DNA of 62,587 bases from Patescibacteria group bacterium (GTDB taxonomy: Bacteria > Patescibacteriota > Patescibacteriia > 2-02-FULL-49-11), in contig JBFLWV010000010.1 of the NCBI GenBank assembly GCA_040757655.1, forward strand, positions 1 through 62,587. Direction: 5' to 3'. Under the pieces are notes generated by a model. It did no database searches. It was not told where the DNA came from and saw nothing but the letters and a program-made list of their open reading frames with translations. This document shows, piece after piece, positions 53,417 through 62,495 of the stretch. Position 1 is the stretch's first letter, and each line of letters starts with the position of its first letter. Both the position numbers and the translations under genes were made by a program.

Positions 53417-54295
53417 CTATATTGCACCATATTTTGTGGTATAAAGCATAGTCCAATCATCAAGAGAAAGCTCTCCCGGACGCCTCTCTATAAACGCGGA
53501 TGAACGCGGATTACTACGCAGATCAACGCTGATGTTGATTGTGTTTAAAATCTTCCTACGAGGGAAGCGAAAGGCAGGTTTGATAAAATGTAAAAACGTT
53601 TCACTCTTGATGCCGTTCCTCCGCGCTAAAACGAACGAGTCGTGTAAGTCAATCTTCACTAATGCGCTCTCCACGGCAGGCATCGGCCAAAATGCGGAAC
53701 GCGGGATGAAGCGTACCATCTCCACTCTGCCGAACCACTGCGCCACCACAGAGAGGAGAGACATATACGGCGGGCGCGCAGCAAGGCGCTCGGCGACTTC
53801 CTTCTGGAGGATGAGCACTAAACGTTTTGGGAGGCGATCATCCTTCAACACGGATGAAAAAAAATCCGAAGTAATGGAATATGGAAGACTCGCTACTATA
53901 GATAACCGTTTCACCTTGTGACAATGTAACAATGTAACCATTTGACTATTCAACCATCCGATGAAGTCTCTCTCTATCACTTCCACATTCTTAATCTTTT
54001 GACGCGCCAATTCACTTTTTAAAAATTGTACCAACTTCGGCTCAATCTCCACCGCTGTCACGCGCCGCGCCTGCTTCGCCAATCCAAACGTTAACGCCCC
54101 AAACCCCGGTCCTACTTCAATGACTTCGTCATCTAGGTGGAGGCGCGCGGCATGGATCGTCTCTCGCGCCACCTTTTCATCAATGAGAAAATTTTGGCCG
54201 CGATCATGGCTGGGATGAAAACGGTATTGCGCACAAATTTTTTTAAGTTCGCCTGCGGAGTAAAGAGAAGACACAGGATTAAACTCAAATCTCAA
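53417..54295 (-). CDS. rsmA: 16S rRNA (adenine1518/1519-N6)-dimethyltransferase RsmA/KsgA
   Basis: GQNFLID and VIEVGPGFGALT motifs. The C-terminal region contains a CGCGGAT/CGCAGAT repeat insertion. Confidence 0.9.
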   Translation of the reverse strand: MRFEFNPVSSLYSAGELKKICAQYRFHPSHDRGQNFLIDEKVARETIHAARLHLDDEVIEVGPGFGALTFGLAKQARRVTAVEIEPKLVQFLKSELARQKIKNVEVIERDFIGWLNSQMVTLLHCHKVKRLSIVASLPYSITSDFFSSVLKDDRLPKRLVLILQKEVAERLAARPPYMSLLSVVAQWFGRVEMVRFIPRSAFWPMPAVESALVKIDLHDSFVLARRNGIKSETFLHFIKPAFRFPRRKILNTINISVDLRSNPRSSAFIERRPGELSLDDWTMLYTTKYGAI

Positions 54296-54382
54296 ATGTC
54301 AAAGCTCAAAACCATATCTTAAATCTCAAAGCTATCGGGTTTTGAGTTGTGGTTTTGAGATTTGCGCTTTGAGTTTTGAGAT
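54281..54382. repeat. Palindromic simple-repeat element overlapping the rsmA start and tsaC end
   Basis: Left arm aaactcaaatctcaaatgtcaaagctcaaaaccatatcttaaatctcaaagc; right arm gggttttgagttgtggttttgagatttgcgctttgagttttgagat. Confidence 0.75.
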
Positions 54383-55093
54383 CGGGATAGGACCGCGCCT
54401 CAATACGTCCATCTCACCGTCTAGGTGTACTTGAATAATGGTTGATGGCTTCCTCCGTGGCAATGTTCCCGCATCGATAATCAAATCCGGCCGATGCTTC
54501 CTCCTTTGGAATTCTCTTACCACTGCGGCGGCGCTATAGAGATTTTCCCCTCCGGATATGTTCGCGCTCGTGGCGATTATTGGCCTACCTAATCCTCGTG
54601 CCAATTTCTGTGCAATCGGATGCGAGGAAATACGGAGAGATAACGCACCGCCGACACCCTCACCCTCGCCTCCTGGCGTCAGGAGGCGAGCCTCTCCCTT
54701 TTTAGGGAGAGGAACTTGTTGCCTTTGAGTCTCTCCCCCTAATAAGGGGGAGAATCGAAAAAATCCACTGGATTTTTTCGATGAGAGGGTGTGTCGTTTC
54801 AATGGCAACACCAACGACAACGGCCCCGGCCAAAACGTATGTGCGAGTTTGCGAGCGAGGGGGAAAAACTCCACATACTGCGCTGCTATTGCATGCGTAG
54901 ACACAATAACCGGCAATTGTTTCTCTGCCGGCCGCTGTTTGATGCGCCTCACTTTCTCATGCACCCGCGGATTGGTCCAGTCGCCGCCTAAACCGTAAGA
55001 AGTTTCGGTGGGATAGACCACCACGCCTCCCTTACGAAGCACTGTTACAGCAATCTGTATCATGTTGTGTTCGCTCACTGAAACCGCCTGCAT
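54332..55093 (-). CDS. tsaC: L-threonylcarbamoyladenylate synthase TsaC/YrdC family, with a ~50-aa hairpin-derived insertion
   Basis: GGVVVYPTETSYGLG and ATSANISG motifs. The start is at 55093 or 55063. Confidence 0.85.
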   Translation of the reverse strand: MQAVSVSEHNMIQIAVTVLRKGGVVVYPTETSYGLGGDWTNPRVHEKVRRIKQRPAEKQLPVIVSTHAIAAQYVEFFPLARKLAHTFWPGPLSLVLPLKRHTLSSKKSSGFFRFSPLLGGETQRQQVPLPKKGEARLLTPGGEGEGVGGALSLRISSHPIAQKLARGLGRPIIATSANISGGENLYSAAAVVREFQRRKHRPDLIIDAGTLPRRKPSTIIQVHLDGEMDVLRRGPIPISKLKAQISKPQLKTR

Positions 55094-55096
55094 AAT

Positions 55097-55187
55097 GCAA
55101 AACCCAAAATCCAAATACCAAAATGATAGACCAAAATTTATAGATTATTCATTTTCATTTTGGATTTTGGGATTTGGATTTTGGGTT
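55097..55187. repeat. Miniature palindromic element (caaaatgata ... core)
   Basis: Left arm caaaacccaaaatccaaataccaaaatgata; right arm ttcattttcattttggattttgggatttggattttgggtt. Confidence 0.8.
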
Positions 55188-55188
55188 A

Positions 55189-57837
55189 TTATTGCGCCAC
55201 AATATTGAGCAGCTTCCCCTTCACATATACCTTTTTCGTGACCGTAATTCCTCTCAAGTACTTCTGAATTTCCGGCGCTGCTCCCACCGCCGCAAACACC
55301 TCTTCCTCTCCTGCACCTCGGAGGACTTCCACCATTCCTCTCTTCTTTCCGTTGATCTGGATGACCACGCTTACCTTCATCTCAAGTATCAACCGAGGAT
55401 CAAATTTCGGCCACGGCTCCTTAAAAATACTCGACACGTTTTCTGAATCATCTGCGTTGATCTGCGTATTAGATCTGCGTTGATCTGCGGCATGCGCAAA
55501 GCGCATGCGTTGCCACAGCTCTTCGGCTATATGAGGGGCAAAAGGAGCAAGGAGTACAATGAGTAAAGTATAATAATCACGCATCGCGGGATCCCGCAAG
55601 TCAGCTTTGACAAGCTCATTGGTATAGGTCATGAGCTGCGCAATCGCCGTGTTGAATTTGAAACTTTCAATATCCTCTGTCACTTTCTTAATCGTCTGAT
55701 GCGCCAGCATCTGTAAACGCTTTTTCTGAACCGCAGGATATTTATTAATAAATGTCTCCTTAGTTTTGAGTTTTGAGTTTTGAGTTTTGAGTTTGTTACC
55801 CAACATCCACACTCTCTCCAAAAATCTCCTCACGCCCACGATGCTGTTCATCGACCAAGGATACGCGCCCACCGTCGCATACGGCCCGATGAAGGCGAGA
55901 TACATACGAACCGCATCAGCCCCCAGCCGCTCCACTTGCTCGTCAGGATCCACGACGTTTCCGTGCGACTTGGACATCTTCTGCCCATCGGGGCCTAAAA
56001 TAATACCCCGATTAAGTCTCCGCACGTACGGCTCACACCATGGAACCAATTTCAACCTCTCCATCGCTTTGATCCAAAACCGCGAGTAAAGCAAGTGCAT
56101 AGTCGTATGCTCGGCGCCGCCCGAATAAAGGTTGACGGGCATCCACTGCGCCATTTTCTCTTGCGCGGCAAATACTTTTTCATTTCCCGGATCGGTATAA
56201 CGCAAAAAATACCATGATGAATCAATAAAGGTGTCTAGCGTATCCGTTTCCCTCTCGGCCGCTCCCCCGCACTGCGGGCACTTTACCCGCACCCAGTCTG
56301 CGGCTTTCGAGAGCGGCGACCTCCCGTCATCGCGCGGTTTATAATCATCTAATTCAGGCAGCTCAACTGGCAGCTGATCACCAGGAACGGGAATCACTGC
56401 GTGCATAACACCATCAATCTCACTGCCAACTAATTTTGGATTTTGGATTTTGGATTTTGGATTTTCCCAGCATCTACGACAGTAGATGATGGGAATGGGG
56501 CATCCCCAATACCGCTGGCGTGAAATCAGCCAGTCGCGCAGTTTATAACTTGTGGATCTTTTGCCTAACTTATTTAACTCCAACCATGCTACAATCCTCT
56601 CCCTCGCGGTTTGAGAATCCAAACCAGTAAATTTACCAGAGTTCACTACGGCGCCCTCGCCTTCATACGCACCTTGTACGGGCGAACGGCCGTTCGCCCC
56701 TACCTCTGGACTGATAACCTTCCGTATCGGCAGATGAAACTCTTGAGCAAAAGCAAAATCCCTTGCATCATGACCAGGCACCGCCATAATCGCCCCCGTC
56801 CCGTATCCCATGAGCACGTAATCAGCGACCCATATAGGGATTTCCTCCTTAGTTGCCGGGTTCACCGCTCGTATCCCCGCCAACTCAACACCGGTTTTCT
56901 CCTTCTGTAGCTGCCCCCGTTCCATTTCAGTCTTGGTCTTCGCCCGCTCAATATATTCTTTCACTTCTTCTAGATTCTTGATTCCAGATTCTAGATTCTC
57001 GATAAGCGGGTGCTCCGGTGCCAATACAAGGTACGTCGCACCAAAGATGGTATCTGGTCTGGTGGTAAAAACTTCAACGTACAAATTTGAATTTGTGATT
57101 TGGGATTTATTTGGAAATTGGAAATTGGAAATTGGAAATTTCACAAGAGCTCCTTCGCTTCTCCCAATCCAGTTCCGCTGCGCTTCCTTTATCTCCTCCG
57201 GCCACGGAAGCGTTTCTAAATCATGTAATAGCGCATCTGCAAAATCTTTGATCTTCAGCAACCATTGTTTCATCTTCCGCTGCATGACTGCTGATTCGCA
57301 CCGTTCGCATCTGCCGTCGATAACCTGCTCATTCGCGAGCACGGTCTTGCACGAATGGCACCAGTTCACCAAGCTATCCGCTTGATAGGCGAGCCCCGCT
57401 TTGAAAAACTGAAGGAAGATCCACTGGGTCCAGCGATAATAATCAGGTTCGCACGTCACGACTTCCCGTTCCCAATCAAACGAAGCGCCCATGCGCCTGA
57501 GTTGCTTCCGCATGTACTCAATATTGTCATGCGTCCACGTGCGGGGATTGATGCCGCGCTTCAATGCGGCGTTTTCTGCGGGAAGTCCGAACGCGTCAAA
57601 GCCGATGGGAAAAAGCACATTGAACCCGCGCATGCGCATGAAGCGCGCAAAAATGTCAGGAATGGCAAATGCATACCAATGGCCGATATGGAGATTGCCT
57701 GAAGGATAGGGAAATTCAACGAGCAGATAAAAATTCTTTTTACCCCTCACTACATCTGCAGCATGGAATATGCCTTGTTCCTCCCAATGCTTCTGCCACT
57801 TTGGTTCAATTTGTTTGTGATCGTAGGTTGAGGACAT
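55189..57837 (-). CDS. leuS: Leucine--tRNA ligase, carrying four repeat-derived in-frame insertions
   Basis: HIGH motif (PSGNLHIGH), KMSKS motif (QKMSKSHGN), CP1 editing-domain motif TTRPDT and a zinc motif CPQCGG. Confidence 0.97.
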   Translation of the reverse strand: MSSTYDHKQIEPKWQKHWEEQGIFHAADVVRGKKNFYLLVEFPYPSGNLHIGHWYAFAIPDIFARFMRMRGFNVLFPIGFDAFGLPAENAALKRGINPRTWTHDNIEYMRKQLRRMGASFDWEREVVTCEPDYYRWTQWIFLQFFKAGLAYQADSLVNWCHSCKTVLANEQVIDGRCERCESAVMQRKMKQWLLKIKDFADALLHDLETLPWPEEIKEAQRNWIGRSEGALVKFPISNFQFPNKSQITNSNLYVEVFTTRPDTIFGATYLVLAPEHPLIENLESGIKNLEEVKEYIERAKTKTEMERGQLQKEKTGVELAGIRAVNPATKEEIPIWVADYVLMGYGTGAIMAVPGHDARDFAFAQEFHLPIRKVISPEVGANGRSPVQGAYEGEGAVVNSGKFTGLDSQTARERIVAWLELNKLGKRSTSYKLRDWLISRQRYWGCPIPIIYCRRCWENPKSKIQNPKLVGSEIDGVMHAVIPVPGDQLPVELPELDDYKPRDDGRSPLSKAADWVRVKCPQCGGAAERETDTLDTFIDSSWYFLRYTDPGNEKVFAAQEKMAQWMPVNLYSGGAEHTTMHLLYSRFWIKAMERLKLVPWCEPYVRRLNRGIILGPDGQKMSKSHGNVVDPDEQVERLGADAVRMYLAFIGPYATVGAYPWSMNSIVGVRRFLERVWMLGNKLKTQNSKLKTKETFINKYPAVQKKRLQMLAHQTIKKVTEDIESFKFNTAIAQLMTYTNELVKADLRDPAMRDYYTLLIVLLAPFAPHIAEELWQRMRFAHAADQRRSNTQINADDSENVSSIFKEPWPKFDPRLILEMKVSVVIQINGKKRGMVEVLRGAGEEEVFAAVGAAPEIQKYLRGITVTKKVYVKGKLLNIVAQ

Positions 57838-57849
57838 ACCACGATAATG

Positions 57850-57943
57850 TAAAAATCAAAAGTCAAAAATCAAAATTATGGAGTCCCGACCGAGTCGGGA
57901 CGTAATACCTTCATTTTGCATTTTGAGATTTGCACTTTGCATT
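57850..57943. repeat. Palindromic intergenic element with gtcccgac-cga-gtcgggac core
   Basis: Core at 57883..57901. Arms aaaaatcaaaagtcaaaaatcaaaatt and ccttcattttgcattttgagatttgcactttgcatt. Confidence 0.8.
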
Positions 57944-57962
57944 ACGTTATGATTGTACCATT

Positions 57963-57991
57963 GACGCAATGAATTTCCAATGGTATACCCA
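57963..57991 (+). promoter_or_regulatory. Candidate promoter of the M23 peptidase gene
   Basis: TTGACG-17 nt-TATACC. Confidence 0.35.
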
Positions 57992-58055
57992 GTATATCAA
58001 CATCCTTGATTGTTGTATTTAGTATACTCAGAAATAGACACGTACGCATATTGCC

Positions 58056-59366
58056 ATGCATATATCACTACGCCACATTACCCTCACCCTGCTACGGTTC
58101 TTCGTCCGCATGCTCATTGGATTAGGGAAAGGCATCGCCCTCGCGGGGAGCTACTTCTACCACTCGCTGTCCTCATCGCAAAAAATCGTTATCAGTATAC
58201 GGCGTGTCATGGTGCGTGGATATGAAACCGTTCGTATCCTTCGCGCACACGCCCGTATCATTCACCCTCAAGGAAAAATCCGGATCCTCCTCGCACATCC
58301 TTTCGTACTTAAGACAACCCTCGCAGGGATCCTCCTCCTTATTCTCATCACTAATATACGCTCCCATTCTGTTACCGCTGACGAACTGGGGCATGATAGC
58401 CTCATCTATCACCTTATCGCTCTTGACACCCATATGATTGTGATTGATGCAACCCCCGCCGCACTCCCTCAGCTTGGAAGAATGGGAAGGAGTACTATTG
58501 AGAGAGAAAACTCACTGGATGAGGAAGGAGAGGATATGCCAATTGTATTCAGTAGGGAAATAGGCTCGCTGCTGCGCCCCAACCCTACCGAAACTCTGCG
58601 CGGCAGTCGCCCGCGTGACAGCATCATCACCTACACGGTGCAACTGAATGATACCATCAGCGGCATCGCGTACCGTTTTGCGCTCTCTTCACGTACGATT
58701 CTCTGGGCGAATAGTTTAAGCAGCACCTCGGTAATCCGACCTGGAGAGACGCTCCGTATTCCTCAAGTAGACGGTGTGATTCATGCCATAAAGCGCGGCG
58801 ACACGCTCAAGGCAATTGCGACGAAGTACCGATCGAGCGTGGAAAAAATAATCGCTCTCAATAATCTCTCACCGGATGCGAAACTCGAACCAGGCGCCCT
58901 GCTTACTGTTCCGGATGGCCGGCCCCCTTCGGTCAGTATGCCGGTGCAGACGCGTATCGCTTCTCGCCCCGCTCCCAGAAGCGCGGGCGGCGCGCGTGTA
59001 TCAGGAGGCGGTCTTCTCTGGCCTACCATCGGCCGCACCATAACCCAATATTTCAGCTGGCGCCACAGTGGGATCGATATTGATGGAACCTTAAGCTCTC
59101 CGATCTATGCCGCGGAGAGCGGCACGGTAGAAATCGCTCAGGGAGGATGGAATGGCGGCTATGGCAATGTCATCGTGATAAGCCATGGCAAAAGCACGAA
59201 GACGAGATATGGCCACCTCTCGCGCATCTATGTGCGTCCAGGGGAACAAGTACAGCGAGGGCAGATCATCGGCATGATGGGATCGACCGGCCGCTCCACA
59301 GGCTCCCATCTCCATTTTGAAATCCTCATCAATGGTATCCGCAAGAACCCGTTGAGCTACTTCTAG
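58056..59366 (+). CDS. LysM-domain M23-family peptidoglycan endopeptidase
   Basis: Two LysM motifs (YTVQLNDTISGIAYRF and AIKRGDTLKAIATKY). M23 motifs HSGIDIDG and GSTGRSTGSHLHFEI. The exact start is uncertain. Confidence 0.9.
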   Translation: MHISLRHITLTLLRFFVRMLIGLGKGIALAGSYFYHSLSSSQKIVISIRRVMVRGYETVRILRAHARIIHPQGKIRILLAHPFVLKTTLAGILLLILITNIRSHSVTADELGHDSLIYHLIALDTHMIVIDATPAALPQLGRMGRSTIERENSLDEEGEDMPIVFSREIGSLLRPNPTETLRGSRPRDSIITYTVQLNDTISGIAYRFALSSRTILWANSLSSTSVIRPGETLRIPQVDGVIHAIKRGDTLKAIATKYRSSVEKIIALNNLSPDAKLEPGALLTVPDGRPPSVSMPVQTRIASRPAPRSAGGARVSGGGLLWPTIGRTITQYFSWRHSGIDIDGTLSSPIYAAESGTVEIAQGGWNGGYGNVIVISHGKSTKTRYGHLSRIYVRPGEQVQRGQIIGMMGSTGRSTGSHLHFEILINGIRKNPLSYF

Positions 59367-59463
59367 TGGAGCACCAACAAAATTTCCAGAAAATGCTTTC
59401 TCGGTATTACCTTACGTAAGCGCAAGACACGGCATCGGAATGCTCAGTTGGCGCTCCACGAGC

Positions 59464-61218
59464 TCAATGGTCATCAATGATGAACCTCACGCTCCCCAGC
59501 CGGTCAAGTTCCAGCCCTCCCTGCACTCCCTTGAAGTCCCTCTCTTCAAAAGTAAAGGGAGGAATTTTTAGACTTCCCTCGCCGCGTATCATGAGGAGCG
59601 CACCATCCTGCCGTTTAACGATCCCGTACTTTCCTTCTGAGAGGATGTGCCGAAATTGGGGGGCCATATGCGAGGCGTAAGGGGAAGTCCAGGCAAGTGT
59701 CTGCGCTTGGATGAGGTCTGCCCACACTTCTTCTTGATCAAGTAAAATATAATTGGGAAGCACGGAGGCATAAGGCGCCGCAGCGTACTGCTGCACCCCG
59801 AGGAGCAGAAGCGGGAGGAGGGTGAGGCCGCGGCGCGAAGAGAGAGGCGCAAGGAAGCGATCAGTCGCAGCGATGGAAGCAGAAGGAGGGACCGCGGAAA
59901 TGAGATTTCTTGGCGCGAGCTTACGATCGCGGCTCGTCACTGCGCGAAGGGCGGGAGTAAGAGGTCCAAAGGCAAGCGCAGCGCTGAGTGAGGCAGTTAT
60001 GAGCGCGACGAAAAGAATGCTCTTTTTCTTCAATGAATCTATACACGCAAGAAATATTCCGGGAAGCAACAACAACCCATAGTGTGTCTGCCAGATGAGC
60101 GCGCCGCCGCCTGATTGCGAAAACACGATTGCGGCAAGCGGGGGAAGTGAGAGCAGAAGCCATGTGGGTTTAAGGAGAGGAAGAAAAAGGAGTGGCAGGA
60201 GCAGTCCGATGAGCATTTCCAGATTGGGAAGGGTGAACAGATGCGCCATAACTCCTTTGAATGTTGCGCCCCAAGAGCCGAGCTGTAGGATCCATTCATA
60301 ATACCCACGGAATTGATACCCCCCCGAAGGGGAAAAGCGCGCAATGAGGTGCTGTGCGAGGAGGAACCATGTGCTGCTTATTGCTATAGTGAGGAGAGAT
60401 AATATCCACCCTACCACGGCGGCGCGGCGCGGCTCAATTTCCTTCTGCGGAACTCGCATGCCTTCGGCACCGTCCCGACAAGCCCCCTCATCACGATCAT
60501 GGCTTGTCGGGAGTTGCTCGGACAGTCCTCGTGCGGAAATTGTTCCATCGCCGCGCCGATACCAAATTTCAACCATCCATATGAATCCGAGAGGAAAGGT
60601 AATAAGTGCCACGTCCTCGCGCACCGAAAGGGAGAGGAGAAGAAACAGAATAAATAGGGAGGGGTGAAGAGCATTCGCCTGCACCTTGAGGTGCGCCCAG
60701 AATAGAAAAAAGAGAACCAACGGCGCAAAAGCGAGAGAGTGAAATTCGAAGAGATTTGCATTCTGCACGGCAGGATGCAAGAGCCAGAGGACGCCGACAC
60801 ATGGGGGCAGCCACGCGTGTAACCATGGAGCCATGGAGCCATGTTCTTGTCGGCTAACGGACGCAGCGAGAACTATTTTGGTAATGAGGAAAAGAGGAAT
60901 CGCAGCCAATGCGAGTGCGAGCGTCTGAATGATAAGGACCGTCCGCGGGTCTGGAAAAAGCGCATACAAGGGAGCAATGAGGAGAAGGATGGGTTCAACG
61001 TGATCTCCTAAATAATTGTGGCCTTGGATTGATGAATAGAAATTATCTACAATGTTTGTATCTTGTTTCTCATTTCTTGTATCTTGTAACTGCCATAAAA
61101 TTTGATTATAAATTGCCAAATCCCGCGCATTATAACGGAGACCATTATACTTCCATAAAGAAATACAAGAAAAAACGATGGTATAGAGTGCAATACACAA
61201 TATGAATACTCTTTTCAT
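59464..61218 (-). CDS. DUF2079-family polytopic membrane protein (putative glycosyltransferase-like)
   Basis: N-terminus ARDLAIYNQILWQ...GDHVEPILLLIAPLY and at least 10 TM helices. Contains repeat and hairpin insertions. Confidence 0.7.
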   Translation of the reverse strand: MKRVFILCIALYTIVFSCISLWKYNGLRYNARDLAIYNQILWQLQDTRNEKQDTNIVDNFYSSIQGHNYLGDHVEPILLLIAPLYALFPDPRTVLIIQTLALALAAIPLFLITKIVLAASVSRQEHGSMAPWLHAWLPPCVGVLWLLHPAVQNANLFEFHSLAFAPLVLFFLFWAHLKVQANALHPSLFILFLLLSLSVREDVALITFPLGFIWMVEIWYRRGDGTISARGLSEQLPTSHDRDEGACRDGAEGMRVPQKEIEPRRAAVVGWILSLLTIAISSTWFLLAQHLIARFSPSGGYQFRGYYEWILQLGSWGATFKGVMAHLFTLPNLEMLIGLLLPLLFLPLLKPTWLLLSLPPLAAIVFSQSGGGALIWQTHYGLLLLPGIFLACIDSLKKKSILFVALITASLSAALAFGPLTPALRAVTSRDRKLAPRNLISAVPPSASIAATDRFLAPLSSRRGLTLLPLLLLGVQQYAAAPYASVLPNYILLDQEEVWADLIQAQTLAWTSPYASHMAPQFRHILSEGKYGIVKRQDGALLMIRGEGSLKIPPFTFEERDFKGVQGGLELDRLGSVRFIIDDH

Positions 61219-61221
61219 ATC

Positions 61222-62448
61222 CTATTCGTCGTGCCATGAATACAGAGAAAGATCAGCGCGCAGCTGTTGCCAGGGCGTAAAATCCCTCTTTTGCACATGA
61301 AATACGGCAGCAGCTGCAATCATGGCAGCATTGTCGGTGGTATACGATGTAGCAGGTATGAGGTATCTGGCATGAGGTAGTTGAATTGAAATTGCTGCGG
61401 CGAGTTGTCGGCGCAGTTGTGAGTTCGCAGCGACGCCGCCTCCTAAGAGGACTGTTTTTGCGTTGTGCTGTTTGGCCGCGCGGATGGTTTTCTCAACCAA
61501 CACATCCACGACTGCTGCCTGGAAGGAGGCACAGAGGTCTTTGAGTGTAGAAGTTGGAATATGGAAGTTAGAAGTTGGAAGTTGAGGGTCGTGGGTGCGT
61601 GAGTGTTTTTTTTGTTTTTTGTTTCTGGATTCCGAAACTAGTTCGGGATGACATTGAAGGGTATATAAAACGGCGGTTTTGAGACCGGAGAAGGAGAAAT
61701 CGTAATCGCCGCTCTTTATCATACCGCGGGGAAAGTCAAATGCCTGGGGGTCTCCTAGTCGCGCAAGGCGGTCTATTGCCGGCCCGCCCGGATAGGGAAG
61801 CCCCAAAAGCTTTGCCACTTTGTCAAACGCTTCTCCTGCCGCATCATCGCGCGTGCGGCCAAGCAATGTGTATTTAAGGAAATCCTTTATGAGAATAAGT
61901 TCAGTGTGCCCACCGGAGACCATGAGGCCAATGGCTGGGAAATAAATATCATTTATTCCATAGTTTTGAGTTTTGAGTTTTGAGTTTTGAGTTTGGTTCT
62001 GCGTTGCAGGGAGCAACGCAGAGTAGAGGTGCCCTTCTAAGTGATTGACCGCAACAATGGGTTTCTTCCACACCGCGGCGAGCGTGCGGGCAGTTTCGAC
62101 ACCGACGGAGAGCGCGATCTGGAGCCCCGGCCCCACCGTGACGGCGAGGGCGTCGAGGTGAGGTATTATAAATCTGGAATTATGAATTATAGTTCCGCGT
62201 GTTGTTCCTAATTCCTGATTCTTTATTCCTAATTCTTCGTATGCTTTGGCGAGCGCCTCTTCTATGACTGGTATGATAAGCTCCACCTGTTTCCGCGCGG
62301 CAACTTCTGGCACTACGCCGCCGAATTTTTTGTGGATCTCAATTTGCGACGAAACGACATTGGAATGTACGGCAAAGCTGCCGTGGGAATACTCCACCAC
62401 CGCTGCTGCGGTCTCATCGCAGGAGGTTTCAATGGCAAGAATAATCAT
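61222..62448 (-). CDS. tsaD: tRNA N6-adenosine threonylcarbamoyltransferase TsaD, carrying three repeat-derived insertions (408 aa versus ~340 typical)
   Basis: ILAIETSCDETAAAVV, VSGGHTEL and GGVAANS motifs. Confidence 0.95.
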   Translation of the reverse strand: MIILAIETSCDETAAAVVEYSHGSFAVHSNVVSSQIEIHKKFGGVVPEVAARKQVELIIPVIEEALAKAYEELGIKNQELGTTRGTIIHNSRFIIPHLDALAVTVGPGLQIALSVGVETARTLAAVWKKPIVAVNHLEGHLYSALLPATQNQTQNSKLKTQNYGINDIYFPAIGLMVSGGHTELILIKDFLKYTLLGRTRDDAAGEAFDKVAKLLGLPYPGGPAIDRLARLGDPQAFDFPRGMIKSGDYDFSFSGLKTAVLYTLQCHPELVSESRNKKQKKHSRTHDPQLPTSNFHIPTSTLKDLCASFQAAVVDVLVEKTIRAAKQHNAKTVLLGGGVAANSQLRRQLAAAISIQLPHARYLIPATSYTTDNAAMIAAAAVFHVQKRDFTPWQQLRADLSLYSWHDE

Positions 62449-62472
62449 TGTGTGAAAGGGATGTAAATCTGC

Positions 62473-62494
62473 CCTGTGGCAGAGACCACAGGGC
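62473..62494. repeat. Perfect hairpin ccctgtgg-cagaga-ccacaggg next to the TnpA-like fragment
   Basis: An 8-bp stem directly downstream of the partial CDS stop. It could be a terminator or an IS200/IS605-type subterminal hairpin. Confidence 0.4.
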
Positions 62495-62495
62495 G

